DNA of 64,000 bases from Eledone cirrhosa (GCA_964016885.1 OZ024743.1:65038001-65102000), one strand, 5' to 3'. Shown: positions 40,867 through 54,480, numbered from the stretch's first letter. Numbers and translations: made by a program. The notes: generated by a model from the sequence alone, not told the origin.

Positions 40867-41052
40867 GTGGATTGGCAGTATCGGTAGAGGGTCGGACGCC
40901 ATGCTTTCCAGCATAGTTACGTCCCTTTACGATCTGAGTTCAAATCCCGCCGAGGTTGACTTTGCCTTTCATCCTTACAGGGTCGATAAAATAAAGTACC
41001 AGTAATACACTGGGTAATTGCTGGCCTTGTGCCTAAAGTAGAAACAGTTATT
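40867..41052 (+). mobile_element. tRNA-derived SINE family A (young copies also 29656-29845+, 41560-41738+, 56870-57048+, 14941-15127-, 18239-18427-, 44655-44847-)
   Basis: Near-identical 190-bp copies; B-box GAGTTCAAATCC; central GCCTTTCATCCTTACGGGGTCGATAAAA. Confidence 0.88.
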
Positions 41053-42178
41053 ACTACATAGTAGCTTCTTTGTTACCTCAATATGATGATTGTTTGATAG
41101 TATAATGATGGTCTATATACTTATATTATTATTGTTGTTTCTTTGCTAAATAAGAGTCTAGCTTTGTAAATGAAACTATATTAACCCATTAGCTTTTAAA
41201 CTGGCCGTATCCGGCCAGAATTCTCTCACCTCTTTCTGTTCAAACTGGCTGTAACTATCCACTTATACTTATGTTAAGGTATTGTTCTCAAAATAAATAA
41301 TATCATCATCAAAATCTCATAGATTCGATATTATGTGAGATAAAGCCTTTACAGTGAAAATATAATAGTATATATACAGTAATATAAATACTAAAGGGTT
41401 AATGTGAAGAATTCAGTGAGTTTGTCATCCTCATTGTTTTTAAGTCCACTTTTCTATGTTAGCATGGGTTGGAGAGCAGTTTTTTGAGGCAATGTTTTAC
41501 ATCTGGATGCTCTTCTTGACACCAACCTTTTTAGTAGGAGGGAAACAGTATCATCATCTTGGCAGTATCGGTAGAGTGTCGGACGCCATGCTTTCCAGCA
41601 TAGTTATGTCCCTTTACGATCTGAGTTCAAATGCCGCCGAGGTTGACTTTGCCTTTCATCCTTACGGGATCGATAAAATAAAGTACCAGTAATGCACTGG
41701 GTAATTGCTGGCCTTGTGCCTAAAGTAGAAACAATTATGTTGACATTTCCATGCTAGCATGGCAAGATTTTACAGTTGGCTGCCCCTCTTGACACCAACC
41801 CTTTTAGTTGCTTTTTACAGCACACAGGGATGTGGTGTACCTATTTTAAAACCTGGGATGTATACAGCAAGATGGCGGTTGATTGGCAGAATCGTTAGAG
41901 CATTAGACACAGTACTTTGTAGCATTTTGTTCGGCCCATTATGTTCTGAGTTCAAATCCTGCCAAGGTCAACTCTGCTTTTCATTCTTCTGAGGTCGATA
42001 AAATGAAATACCAATTAAGTACTGGGGTCAATTCTCTCTCTCTCCTTTTCTGGAGGAAATTGGCTGTTTTTAGATCTGGGGAAAGATGGGTTCTGCCAGG
42101 TTTAAAATGCCCAAAACATACTGTATATCTCTACAGCGCACCTACAACTCCATCAGGAATTACAGGTCCATACATCTA

Positions 42179-43505
42179 TGAGGGGGTGCTGAAAAGTTCC
42201 TGGCTTTGGGTTAAAGAAAATACAGGAGGATCAGTTAATTATGATTTTATTCTACATATCCTTCATTCTCAGTCGAAGAGAGGTAGTCACGGTTCTAGGA
42301 CAGCATTCCTCACCATATGAGATGTCATCTGGTGTACCACAGGGATCTGTTCTTGGGCCCCTTTTTGTTTGTGGCATAGATTAATGACATCGATGCCAAC
42401 TTAAAGAATGCCACAGTACCGAAATATGCAGATGACATCAAGCTGTACCTTGAGATAAAAAGGACAGATCCTGAACACTATAGATCTTGCCTGCAATCTG
42501 ACCTGGACACAATGCAACAATGAATCACAGACTGGCAACTCAAGCTAGCTGTGGACAAGTGCACCATCATGCATTTTTAGGAGTAAAAACCCAGTGTCCA
42601 CATACTCCCTCCACAACACTAATATCAAGAATTCTTTTTGTGAACATGACCTGGACATTACGGTCAGCAGCGATTTGCGTTGGACGAAGCACGTCTCTAA
42701 AATTGTCAAGAAGGCCGAGGGTGTCTTTGTCAGCCGCTCTCCAGCTATCTATTTAAAGCTGTACATAGCTATGGTGCGGCCACACTTAGAATTTGCATCA
42801 CCAGTCTGGAACCCCTATCTTGCTCAGAACATTGACCGCCTGGAAACTGTTCAGAGACGTGCAACCAAGCGCATACCCTCCATCAGGCATCTACCATACT
42901 ATGAACGCCTTGCTTCCCTGGGCATGGATACATTGAAGCTCCGACGTCTGGCAACTGACTTGGTAAACACCCACAAAATTATTAACCATCTTGCCAGCAA
43001 CAACCCTGAATACCTTTTTGATTTCCATGTGTCTAACACACGTGGGCATACCAACAAAGTCAGAAAAACGCACAGCTCCCATGACTTTCGGAAACATTTT
43101 TTCACGCTCAAAGTTGCTGAAGCATGGAACAAACTACCTGCATCAGTCGTTAGCTCTCGAGACACTGCATCCTTTAAAACCTCCATGCTTCCTGAGATTC
43201 ACCAACACTACACCTAATATTACCCCTCCATACACACACACACATGTATATCATGACTCATACACTATTCACTTCCCTGACATTTGTATATTATTCTATA
43301 TACTATACATGCACCTTTAATGAGTTGTAATGCACCTGAGCACTCTACACAATAATTTCATTATTATTATTATTATTATATTCCCCTCTCAAATTCACAC
43401 ACTTATTGCAGCTTTCCTTCAGCTTTTAAAAAAAAAACTTGGAAGGTTGGGCTTCCAACTATCCTCTCACAACACCTTTAAAGCCAAGAACCTTTCAGCA
43501 CTCGT
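42179..43505. mobile_element. Mariner MITE split by the CR1 insertion
   Basis: TIRs GAGGGGGTGCTGAAAAGTTCCTGGCTTT and AAAGCCAAGAACCTTTCAGCACTCG|TA. Confidence 0.7.
42259..43378 (+). mobile_element. CR1-clade LINE, 5'-truncated
   Basis: SGVPQGSVLGP, YADDIKLY, VRPHLEFASPVWNP, LETVQRRATK, WNKLP; (ATT)n tail. Confidence 0.92.
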
Positions 43506-43681
43506 ACAATATTGTCATAAGCTTTGTTATGGCAGTTGACACTTCTTATTTGTATGGTCTTCGTTTCCTAATAGAAAAAGAATGCTGTTTATACTCCACA
43601 CAATCAATTCACATTTACATATAGCTTCATAGTCACTCTTACACTTACACACACATTTAAGGAAATTGCCATCTCTTTCAG

Positions 43682-43788
43682 GGTTGTGTGGTGGTAGTGC
43701 TTGTGGAAAAACCACTGTTGCTAATAAGATCATTGAAGCATTGAAAGTTCCATGGGTCAGTGTCCTTAGCATGGATTCATTCTATAAG
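43682..43788 (+). CDS. UCKL1: UCKL1 exon 3 (P-loop)
   Basis: [36 protein letters not shown]. Confidence 0.96.
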
Positions 43789-44982
43789 GTATACTTTTTG
43801 AATATTTGTCTTAGAAAATATATCACCTGCCTGATATGAGTCATTCTTTGAAATAAATTTTAAATTGTACCAGATGACATTTCATATTTAAATTTATAGC
43901 TTGTTATTCAGTCAGAGCTGACTTAAGTAGAAGCAATGGTTATTTAAATGTCATATTTGTCAAAGATCTTCTGTGACCTTTTCAATGAATATTTTTGCTC
44001 CTCTGTGTCTCCTTTTCGTTTTGATTTCATTTTATTTTTCTCCATTTGTAATGCAAGATAGAGTTGATAAAACCAAGTCAAAACAAAGCAGAGACATAGA
44101 AGAACAAGACCAGTCATTGAAAAGGTCACAGAATGTGTGACGAAAGAGTTTTGACAATCAAATGACCATCCAGTTACTAGACTAACTAAGGAATGGATTA
44201 GTTACCTAACTAATAACGATTTCTAATTTAGGCACAAGGTCAGCAATTTCTGGGGAGGGGGAAAGTCGATTGTTTTGACCCCAGTATTTTACTGGTACTT
44301 TTATTTTACTCACTCCAGAAGTATGAAAAGCAAAGTTGACCTCACTGAGATTTGAACTCAGAATGTAAAGAACCAAAACTCATTACTATGAAGCATTTTA
44401 TCCAATGCTCTAACAATTCTCAGGAAAGAATTGCTAGACAGATTTTACAGGCAAAACCAACCAGTAGGAGACCCAGGTGTAAATCCCGAGCAAGATGGTT
44501 GGATAACATCCATGACTTTGGCTGGTCTCGCTTGGTAATCCAGCCGGATCAGTTGGAGATGGTTGCTTCTGATAGGACCTGCCCTCACAACCCTCTCAGG
44601 AATAAGTGGGTGAAGGAGCTCTAACAATTTTGCCAATCCATCACCCTTTACTAATAATTGTTTCTACTATTGGCACAAGGCCAGCAATTATCACAGTGCA
44701 TTACTGGTACTTTATTTTATCGACCCCGTAAGGATGGAAGGCAAAGTTAACCTTGGCGGGATTTGAACTCAGACCATAAAGGGGCGTAACTCTATGCTGG
44801 AAGACATGGCGTCCGACCCTCTACCGATACTGCCAATTCACCGCCCTGACCCTTTACTAATAATAAAATTGGTAACTGTGTTTTTATTAGCAACATGACC
44901 CTCCCAGCACCATAATTTCACATCAAGAATCATGTACGACAAATATAAAAATGAAGTATCTATTTATTGAATATCTTTAAAG

Positions 44983-45153
44983 GTTTTGAACGAAGAAGAA
45001 ATTGCACAGGCTGCCAAAAATGATTATAATTTTGATCATCCTGATGCTTTCGACTTTGACTTATTACATCAAACACTGAAGAGGTTAAAGAAAGGCAAGA
45101 TAGTTGAGGTTCCTGTTTACAACTTCACCACTCATGCCCGAGAAAAGCAAACA
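44983..45153 (+). CDS. UCKL1: UCKL1 exon 4
   Basis: VLNEEE...[14 protein letters not shown]...[17 protein letters not shown]. Confidence 0.96.
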
Positions 45154-45873
45154 GTAAGTTTGACAGTATCTTAACTTTTAATGTCCTCTATCACATCAAA
45201 CTGCATTAGCAAGACATTCTTAAAAAATACAAAACAGCACTCTGACTGAATCACATTAAAATTCAAATCTTTATGTTACCTAGTCTAATGCTGTAAGTTT
45301 TCATGACAGTTTCCACTAGTAAAGGTACTATAAACATTTAAATTTCCAAAGCTGTTTTCAGTAATTTTCACAACGATCTGTCTACTAGTAAAGGTACTTT
45401 ACTAGTGGTTGAATGGGTTTTCACAGACCATGTCAGTACTGAAGTGTAATTACCTCCCTGATGGACTCGGATCCTGCATCTTGCTTGCCTAGTGCTCAAT
45501 TGGGTTTACATTTTTACACTCTACCAAGAGCTGAGACAGACCGGGGCCCACATTTCACATACGTTTCCACATTCTACTAGGTGCATATTATAGTGGCACT
45601 TGCACTAGGGAGTTCTCCCAACTCAGTTTTGATATATCTTTCCACACTGTAAACGTGGTTGGTGTTAAGGAGGGCATCCAGCTGTAAAAATCCCAACCAA
45701 AATACAGATTCATCTGAGCAAGGTATGGCGTTGACAGCTGGCCAGACTTATGTGCTAACGTGGGCGACTCGTCTAACCCATGCAAGCATGGAAAAATAAA
45801 CGTTAAATGTGATGATGAATTCTAATAATAGTTCTTTTTTCCTTTTTGTTATTTTCTCTCTCTCTCTTTATAG

Positions 45874-45945
45874 AAAACTCTGTATGGAGCTAATGTTGTG
45901 GTATTTGAAGGAATCATGGCGTTTGTAAATAAGAAAATCCGGGAT
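45874..45945 (+). CDS. UCKL1: UCKL1 exon 5
   Basis: KTLYGANVVVFEGIMAFVNKKIRD. Confidence 0.95.
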
Positions 45946-46888
45946 GTAAGTTTTTTGTAACAATTTCTATTTCTCTAAAGGCATACATGTAGGTAATGAA
46001 CTGGCAGTGTTGTTAAAATGAATAGAATGCTTTGTAGTATTTGTTCCTGCTCTCTGCATTTTGAGTTCAAATCTTACCAAAGTCAACCTTGTTTTTCATC
46101 ATTTTGTAGTCAATAAAATAAAATAGCAGTCTAGGATGGTGGATTGACTGAATTGTTAGAGCATCAGGTGAGATGTCTTGCAGTATTTGTTCTGGTTCTT
46201 TGAATTCTGAGTTCAAATGCCACTGTGGTCAATTTGAATGGTTAACTTAATCTATTACCTTGTTTATGATCACTGTCTGGTCCTCAGTTGCCTCTAGCAG
46301 AGGTCACCATGTACACATTCATAGCAGATCTCTGGTTTGGGGGACACTTTCCTCCCAACAATCTCATAGGCCTTGTAAAAAGATCACAGGTACTGCCCTG
46401 ACTAAACATCATCATTGTTTAATGCCTGTTTTCCCTACAAGCAAGGGTTGGATATGTTGCCGTGGACCAGTCAATACTCAAGCTGGGCCACTGACCTCGA
46501 TACCTGCAGGAGACCTGTATCGTGTATACATACAAGCTGGAGCTTGACATATATTTCTGCATTCTTCTGCGTTTGTCTTGAGCTCGGAGGTTCATCAGGA
46601 CGGTGCTTATCCTGGTTTCATGGCGTGAAGTGACTGAGAGTACAAGGCTCCTCCCATCGTGGGGTTAAACCCGCAGCTATTGCTGGTACTATTTTCAGCT
46701 GAGTATACTGGAAATGAAATGTTTTGCTTAAGAACACAACACACAACCCAGTCCATGACATTATGATCTTAAGTTCGACGCCCTTACCACTAGGCCACGT
46801 TCCACCATGTTTTTCTGAGTACATTTCTAAAAAAAAAAATAAAAAAAAGTTTAGAGGATGATTTTATTTCAATTTTTAATTTTTACAG

Positions 46889-47078
46889 TTGCTGGACATG
46901 AAAATATTTGTCGACACCGATTCTGACGAATGCCTGGCAAGGCGTCTGAGAAGAGATATTGCTGAACGCGGGCGAGATCTTCATGGCATTTTAAAGATGT
47001 ACAACAAATTTGTGAAGCCTTCCTTTGATTATTACATAGCCCCAACCATGAATTATGCAGATATTATCGTACCACATG
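46889..47078 (+). CDS. UCKL1: UCKL1 exon 6
   Basis: [30 protein letters not shown]...ADIIVPHG. Confidence 0.96.
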
Positions 47079-47711
47079 GTGAGTTTGGTGTATGTTCAGT
47101 GGATAATTCATTCTCAGATTGCTTTCTTCTTCTTGTCAATGTTTCTCTCTAACCACCATCATCATCATCACCATAATGATGTTGATCATCTCTACATCCA
47201 CTTTTATATGAACTATAAATTAACCCTTTAGTTACTAACCCGGCCCAAACCGGCTCTGGTTTTATGAAATAAAGTGACCCATTTTAAAAGGTTTCCAATT
47301 TAAATTAAAATCTTCCAACATAATTTTATGTAGGAACCTTAAATTAAGTTACTATCTTAGTAATGAAATAATTAATGATATATATAGAAATATATCAATT
47401 AGGCCATTTAAGTATAATTTATTCGTAATGTGAGTAATGTTTTTTAATGAATACCTTAAATTGTATTTGTTTCTATATGTATATATGTATTAAAGCCTGG
47501 TTAGTTTCTTAGTTGATATATATCTATATATCATTCAAAATTATTTTATATTATGGATGCTCTAAACAAAAGTTTTATTGAGCTTTTTCTGAGAAACATT
47601 ATCTATACATATTTCATATGTATTGATTAAACCTACAATTAAATTATATATATATATATATATATAAATATAAGGACAAAGTGGAGGTGATACATATGAG
47701 ATTTATTGCTC

Positions 47712-47800
47712 AACCCGGTTACAAATGTTTCTCAGGCAGTCGGCTCTTGATATGGGAGGCATACCAAACTCCAAGTCCACCTGAGCCTCAGACCAGTGTT
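47712..47800 (-). ncRNA. Hammerhead-like motif with long stem II
   Basis: Reverse complement: AACaCTGGT-CTGAGGC-TCAGGTGG...TTGGTATG-cctcc-CATATCAA...CTGCCTGA-GAA-ACA-tt-TGT-A|ACCGGGTT. Confidence 0.55.
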
Positions 47801-47978
47801 AACACAACAAAAATCACATCAAATCTGTGGATGAACCAACCAGACACAAACAAGCATATAGAATAACCAATCACGGGCCTATATATATATATATATATAA
47901 AACACATACACACAATGTAATATTTCTGTTTTAACAGAGGAGGATTATTATGATGTGTATTTTTCAACCATCTTTCAG

Positions 47979-48040
47979 GTGGTCAGAACAGTGTGGCTAT
48001 TAACTTGATTGTTCTACATGTGCATAAACAATTGCAGAAG
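47979..48040 (+). CDS. UCKL1: UCKL1 exon 7
   Basis: GGQNSVAINLIVLHVHKQLQK. Confidence 0.94.
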
Positions 48041-49683
48041 GTAAGTTGTAAGTTGGTATTTTAAATATTTATTTGGTAAATACAGTGACATTTATAGATG
48101 TGGTGGAGGCGGTAGTGCAGGTAATAGTGGTAGTGATGGTGGTGGTGGTGATAGTGGTAGTGATGGTGGTGGTGGTGATTGTGGTAGTGGTTGCAGTAGT
48201 AATGGTGTTGGTGGTGGTACCACATCATGAGGCAACAAAGTGGCAGTGTCGTTAAAACATCAGATAGAATTCTTTGTGGTATCTCTTCCAGTTCTCTGTG
48301 CTCTGGGTTCAAATCCTGCTGAGATCAATTTTGCTTTTCATCATTTTGAGGTCGATAAAAAAAAGTACCAGTCACATACTGGGTTCCGTTTCCTTGATGT
48401 GGAATTTATTTCAATTGATTTTTTGTAATGTTCAGCTTCCTGGACTAAAATATAATAAGTTGTTGATATAAGGAATAAGGCAGTGAAGTAGCAGAGTTGT
48501 TAGAACGTCTGATAGAATACTTTGTGGTACTAGTACTGGGGTTGATTCTTCCTCTATATCTCTTTCTCACTTCCTTTCTCTATCCTTCTCTGGAAGTAAT
48601 CTGCTGTATTCAGACCGGGAGAGGATATGGGCTCTGCCAGGCTTAAAATGCCCAAGAAATGCCATATGTCAATACCACACCCCCATGACTCCCTCAGGAG
48701 TCACAGGACCATACCATACGAATATAAAGAACACATTGAAGTTAGGGGAGCTGGGAGAGAAAAAGCAAGGGAGTGAGAGACAGAGCAAAAATATAAAGAT
48801 TTAAACCATAACCCTTGGTTATTTGTCTGAACTTGCCTTTTTTTGTTAACAGCTGAGACATTACCATGACTAAACATGTATGTAGGAACCCTTAACTCTT
48901 GATGGAATCATAGGATCACTGTACTGACATATGGCACGTCTTGGGTACTTTAAACAGGACAGCCCATCCCTCTCCATGTCTGAACACAGTAGATTTCCTC
49001 CAGAGAAAGGGAGTGATGGAGAGGAAATGAGAAAGATATAGAGGAAGAATTAATCCTAGTACTGGACATGTATTTTATTATTGACCTTGAAAGGAGAAGA
49101 CAAAATACAACAAACATGCAAGATCAACAATTTGTTTATCAAGTGAGGTCAGATCATCGGACCAAGGAAACAACATTTCCATTGGTCTTTCCAATTGCTG
49201 ATACTATCTACTGGTCGCAACTCCTGACAGAAGGAGCAATGTGAAATAAAGTGTCTTGCTGAAAGACTCAATGCATCACCTGGTTAAGGAATCAAACTCA
49301 GAGCCTCATGATTGTGAATCCAACTCTAAATACTTAGCCATGAATCTTCACAACAACAATCAAACAATAATAGATGAACATTACACTGTAAAGTGGTCAT
49401 GTAGGTATCACGACAAAAAGCACCCAGCCCATACTGTAAAGTGGTTGTGTGTGTAGGTGTCACAACAAAAAGCACCTAGTACTCACTGTAAATGTGGTTG
49501 GCATTAGGAAGGACATCCAGCCGTAGAAAACAAGCCAGAAACAGTTCTGTATGAGCAAGACACAGTCACCTGGCCCGACATGCCTCAAATGGGTCAACCC
49601 ATGCTAGTGTGGAAAATAGACGTTAAACGATGATGATGATTAATCGTTGTAATAATCCTGTTCTCCCTTTATCTTCTTTACAG

Positions 49684-49802
49684 CATGGTTTTAAACTGAG
49701 GTCAAAGCTAGCAACTTCAGCTATGGCAGGTCAACCAATGCCGAACAATCTTCATGTTCTTGAAATGTCTCCCCAAGTACAAGGTCTTCATACATTTATT
49801 AG
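49684..49802 (+). CDS. UCKL1: UCKL1 exon 8
   Basis: HGFKLRSKLA...LHVLEMSPQVQGLHTFIR. Confidence 0.94.
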
Positions 49803-51416
49803 GTAAGATGGTTTTTTTTCTTCTTCTTTTTCACCCACTTATTCCTAGGAGGGTCATGGGAGTAGAGTCCTCAAACATACTTTTGAGCCAGTCATGCCAG
49901 AAGCAACTGTCTCCAACTGATCTGGCTGGATCCTCAAGTGAGACCAGCGAAGCTCATGGATGTTTCCAACCATCTTGCTCAGAGTCTACCCCTAGGTCTC
50001 CTGCCGCTTAGTTTTGCCTGTAAAATCTGTCCAGCTAATCTTTCCTGAGACATTCAAACCACATCCCAATAGTATTGGAGCTGTGATCTCTCAATCTGGA
50101 GAAATAGCAGTTCAACCTGGAGTGACTCTCCTATCTCCGAGCTACAAACTCTATCGAGTAACGTTACTCAAAAAAAAAAGGCACTGTACTACCTGGCAAA
50201 AATAATACAATCCCATGTTATCATAGAGAATTGTATTTCCAGTGAAAGTAATGATTACTAAATACCCCTCTCTAGCTTACTTTGGAATCATGAGTTGCGA
50301 TTTGTTGCAGATATTTCATTATCCCTTTTTGATCCCAAACCACCTTGGATTTCTGATACAAAACTGCTCATTTAAAAAATATTTATATGTATATTAAATC
50401 ATCATCATCATCAATGTAATGTTCACTTTCCCTGCTAGTTAGGATTGGACGGATCTACATAGACCAAGTCAGTACTGAAGCGGTGCCAGGGATCAGTGTC
50501 TCACTTTAATGTATGGTCGACGCTCCACTTAGTACACAGGAGAGGTTGTCATGTTTTTGACCCAAATGAAGGTCCTCTCAACCCTTTTGTTTGGCATGGT
50601 TTCTATGGCTGGAGGCCCTTCCTGTCACTAACCACTTTACAGCATGTACTGGGTGCGTTTATCGTGTAAATCACCAAAACTAATCTGGCCGAGTTTACTC
50701 TCGCAAATAAGGAGCATTGGATTTGGTGTACTTCATATTTGTTTCAGTTGCTGAATACAATCAGGGATCGCTGCTACTCCTGAAGGGCAATAGTTCTCTT
50801 CTAACTCGAGCGGGAGTGTCTTTCCATTGTCAATTTGCATTGATCATCTGCAAAGCCGCATTGTTCTCAGAACCACTACACCAGTCTTTTGATGCGTGCA
50901 GCTGGAACTACTGCCACCCATTGATTTGGCAGGATTTATTTATTTTAGATGGTCGTTGACTCTTATGAGTTCTTCCGCCCTTTGTTAGGTTGTGTTTTTT
51001 GTCTTAGGAAGACTGTAATGCTCTTGACACAGCTGAAGGGTCCTCCTGACCCTTTATCTGGCAAGCTTTCTACAGCTGGATGCCCTTCATAATTTTATTT
51101 AAGAAAGTTTTGTAGAAGTAATGTTCTGAACATCAGCTTATGAAAAACTTGCCATATATACTTGAATATAAGCTAAACCCATATTTTGTCTGAGAAGTAG
51201 GCAAAAATCCAAGCCTCATTTATAAGCTGAAGCAGGTAATCAACACATTGTGGTTTTAAAACTCTTATGAGTGGAGAATATATATATGAAGTTTTAATAT
51301 ATATTGAATAAACAAGAGAGATGAACACTAATATAAACATACATGTGTTCGAATCGTAAGGACCAAGTTTGCTAGGGTGAAAAATATATATATATATATA
51401 AAAGCTAAAAAGTGAG

Positions 51417-51464
51417 CCTTGTTACTCTGGAGTTTTGCCTGTTTAACACAGGATCAGCAGACAA
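51417..51464 (-). ncRNA. Degenerate hammerhead motif (family 1)
   Basis: Reverse complement: TTGT-CTGcTGA-t-CCTGT-gttaa-ACAGG-c-aAAA-CTC-ca-GAG-TA|ACAA; two core mutations. Confidence 0.55.
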
Positions 51465-51980
51465 TTGTTGGGAGTCATGGTGGTGGCCTTGAAGCAAGTG
51501 GATATTGTCTGACATAGATTTGATGACCCATTGAGGGATACTGCTGATCATGAAAGGTTGAGAAATCAACTCTATTTTACTAAGGGGCAGTCATTAAAAC
51601 GTGAGAATGTTTTGCCGTATTTGTTCAAATCCCCCCGATGTCAACTTTGCTTTTCATCTTTTTGAGGTTGATAAAAAAAAATACCAGTCTAGTACTGGGG
51701 TTGATTCTTCCTCTATATCTCTTTTTCACTTCCTTTCTCTCACATTTTGTCCTCTGGAAGGAATCTACTGTGTTCAGAGTTAAGGGTTCCTACATACATG
51801 TTTATTGTAATGGGGATGTTTCAGCTGCTGATGCTGTATTGTTTAGTTGCCCCCCAAAATGCCATATTCCACTACAGTGACCCTACGACTCGGAATCATA
51901 CCATACCACAAGCTAGCTGTGTAATATGTTAGTTATATTGGTCTAAGGTCTTATACTCTACCTCTTCTTCATCCTACCAG

Positions 51981-52074
51981 AAACAACTACACACTCAGGA
52001 GTGAGTTCATATTCTATTCCAAACGGTTACTACGAATGCTTTTTGAACTAGCCTTATCCATGTTGCCTTTCAGG
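51981..52074 (+). CDS. UCKL1: UCKL1 exon 9 (UPRT-like domain)
   Basis: NNYTLRSEFIFYSKRLLRMLFELALSMLPFR. Confidence 0.94.
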
Positions 52075-52254
52075 GTAAGTCTTGTTTGCTGCCATAACTC
52101 AGTGTGTGTGTGTGTGTTGTCTGATTGCTCTGTTGATGGATATGTGTGTACATATATAAAATGCCTGACTGAATACACATATGCTTTTTCTTGAAACATT
52201 ATTCCTGTTCCTTCCTCTTCTCACTCTCTATATTTCATCTTTTATTTCTCATTC

Positions 52255-52293
52255 TATTTTCTGAAGAAGGACTAGTATCTGAAACATAAATAA
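52255..52293 (+). ncRNA. Degenerate minimal hammerhead motif (family 3)
   Basis: CTGAAGA-a-GGA-ctagta-TCT-GAAA-CATA; paralogous to 54800-54838 with a similar pyrimidine-rich 5' flank. Confidence 0.4.
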
Positions 52294-52400
52294 CTGTCAA
52301 TACTGCACGCCAATGACTCAGGAGTTATGGGACCATACATATATGCATATTGTTGATCAATATTTGCTGCTGATGTATATAGAATATATATTTCTTTCAG

Positions 52401-52463
52401 AGTGTAACAGTTGAAACTCCCCAGAGCATTCTTTATGAAGGCAAAAGACTCGACACAAAAAAG
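52401..52463 (+). CDS. UCKL1: UCKL1 exon 10
   Basis: SVTVETPQSILYEGKRLDTKK. Confidence 0.93.
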
Positions 52464-53949
52464 GTATGTCTAGCAAATATTAATTTCAGTTATTTAATAA
52501 ATAAACTCTAATGGCTGAATGGAATGAATATATATAATGTGTATATATATATAATGTGTTTATATGTTTTAGTATAATACCTTTAGGATAATTGGCAGAA
52601 ATGTTACGACATTGAATAGAATGCTTTGTGGTATTTGTTCTGGTTCTCTGCACTCTCCGAGTTCAAACCCTACCAAGGTTCATTTTGCTCTTTCATCCTT
52701 TCAAGGTCGGTAAAGAAAGTACCAGCCCAGTGCCTGTGCAGTCCTCTTTCTTTTTAGCTGTCATATCAAGGTCAACTTTGCCTTTCATCTTTTTCAGGTT
52801 GATACAAAAATGTACCAGTTCAGTACTGCTGATCGATTCTTCCTCTATATCTCTTTCTCACTTTCCCTCTCTCTCTCCTTCTCTGAAAGAGATTGGCTGT
52901 GTTCAGTAGTAGAGAGGGTATGGGCTCTGCTAGGTTTAAATATTGCCAAAGACGTGCTGTATATTACTACAGTGCCTTTACAACTCCACCAGGAGCTACT
53001 GGGTCCATCCATATTTAACAATTCAGCAGCAAATGTAAAAGGGTTTAGTGCAAACTTCAGTTCATTGATGAGCCTATTGCTTTTAATCTTACTAGAGTAT
53101 GTATGGCTTAGTGGTTAGAGCTTTATTCACATTTCTCCAGTTCCCTCAGATGGATGAAATAAGTTGTGATGTCACTGATGCCAAACTGTATTGGCCTTTG
53201 CCTTTCCCTTGGACACCATCAGTGGTCTGGAGAGGGGAGACTGCTGGTCTTCACAAAAAGCACCTTGTCAGGGCTTGTGTTTTAGAAGGGAACTTTCTTG
53301 GTGGAAAACCCAAGGGAACCTACAAGAATGACTGAGCAAACCAACTTCCGAGGTATGTGGATCTGCTATGCAAAGTGCAGTACTAAATACAATGAAACAC
53401 AGTGGATTTTTAAACCAAATTTTGCAACTGTTATTCTGGGAAGCAGATATTTGGAGCATTCCTTGGTCGAGCTCTATTGAACCAATGTTTATTGTGGATA
53501 GTTCTGTATGTATCTTCTTTCTGAAAAATGATCTGGTCCTTGTGATATCTGTAAAGGCAGCAGCATGTGGTTCACATATTTGGGTAAGCTGTGATATTCA
53601 CCAGAGGGCAGAAAGGACTCTCACAAAGTCTTCAGGAGTTATAAGTTATGTTGCCTTTCTTAACTTGAAATATATATATATATAGATAGATATTTACTCT
53701 ACTGATTCATTATTGAGCACTCTCTTCTTTATTTGTGCTAGAGCTCTATAAAGTTCTAATATGACTATGAGGTGTATTATAACGAGGCACTAACATGGAA
53801 CTGCTATTGGGGAAAGAATTAAATACTCGCTGATAACAACTGACCACCATTCTAAAATCAAAATAGAAAGAGAAATATGAGATGGTACCACTCACCTTGT
53901 AAAAAGAACAATCCGTTTTTGAATGACACACACTTTCTATCAATGTGGA

Positions 53950-54480
53950 AGTGAGTTGTAATTGCATGCAGAACATGTCATCAGGGCTGACAATAAATAA
54001 TGTCCAAAGTAACCAACATGCAACTATTGAAATATGGAGCTATACCATCTGAAAGGTAAATGCCTGAAAAAAACCCCATTGTATATCATGCTGACATCTT
54101 GGCAAATAACACATCATACAGCTACTTAGGACTCACAGAGCACCCTTTTTAAAGTTGTATGCACAAGCACAGCAGCTAATTTCATCATTGACACATGAAG
54201 AACCCCACCGCACACTCCAAATATGTTTGGAGATTGAGAGACGAATGAACAACCACATCCACTACATAGGCAATCATGGACTAAGCACCGGCTTTTAACG
54301 AATTGGTCAAAGCACTGATCTTCTGCCTTAAAATCAGATTTTACATCATTCACTACTACCCTACTACAATTCTAAACAAAAACATGGAATTAATGTCAAT
54401 CTGCTTCTACATGTCTCAAAGTCTTTCATCATGAACTTCAAGCGAGGCCCTCATGAAGAATGGTTCTTCTTTTTTGTGAA
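53950..54480 (-). mobile_element. Possible highly decayed Penelope-like GIY-YIG remnant
   Basis: FKAED...KSRCLVHDCLCSGCGCSFVSQS loosely resembles F..KD...KS.VVY.F.C.GC.A.YVGQT. Confidence 0.35.

Noticed and set aside
53955-53990. Minus-strand CTGATGA-CATG-ttctg-CATG as a hammerhead
   Set aside because: Followed by CAAT rather than GAAA, and no stem I
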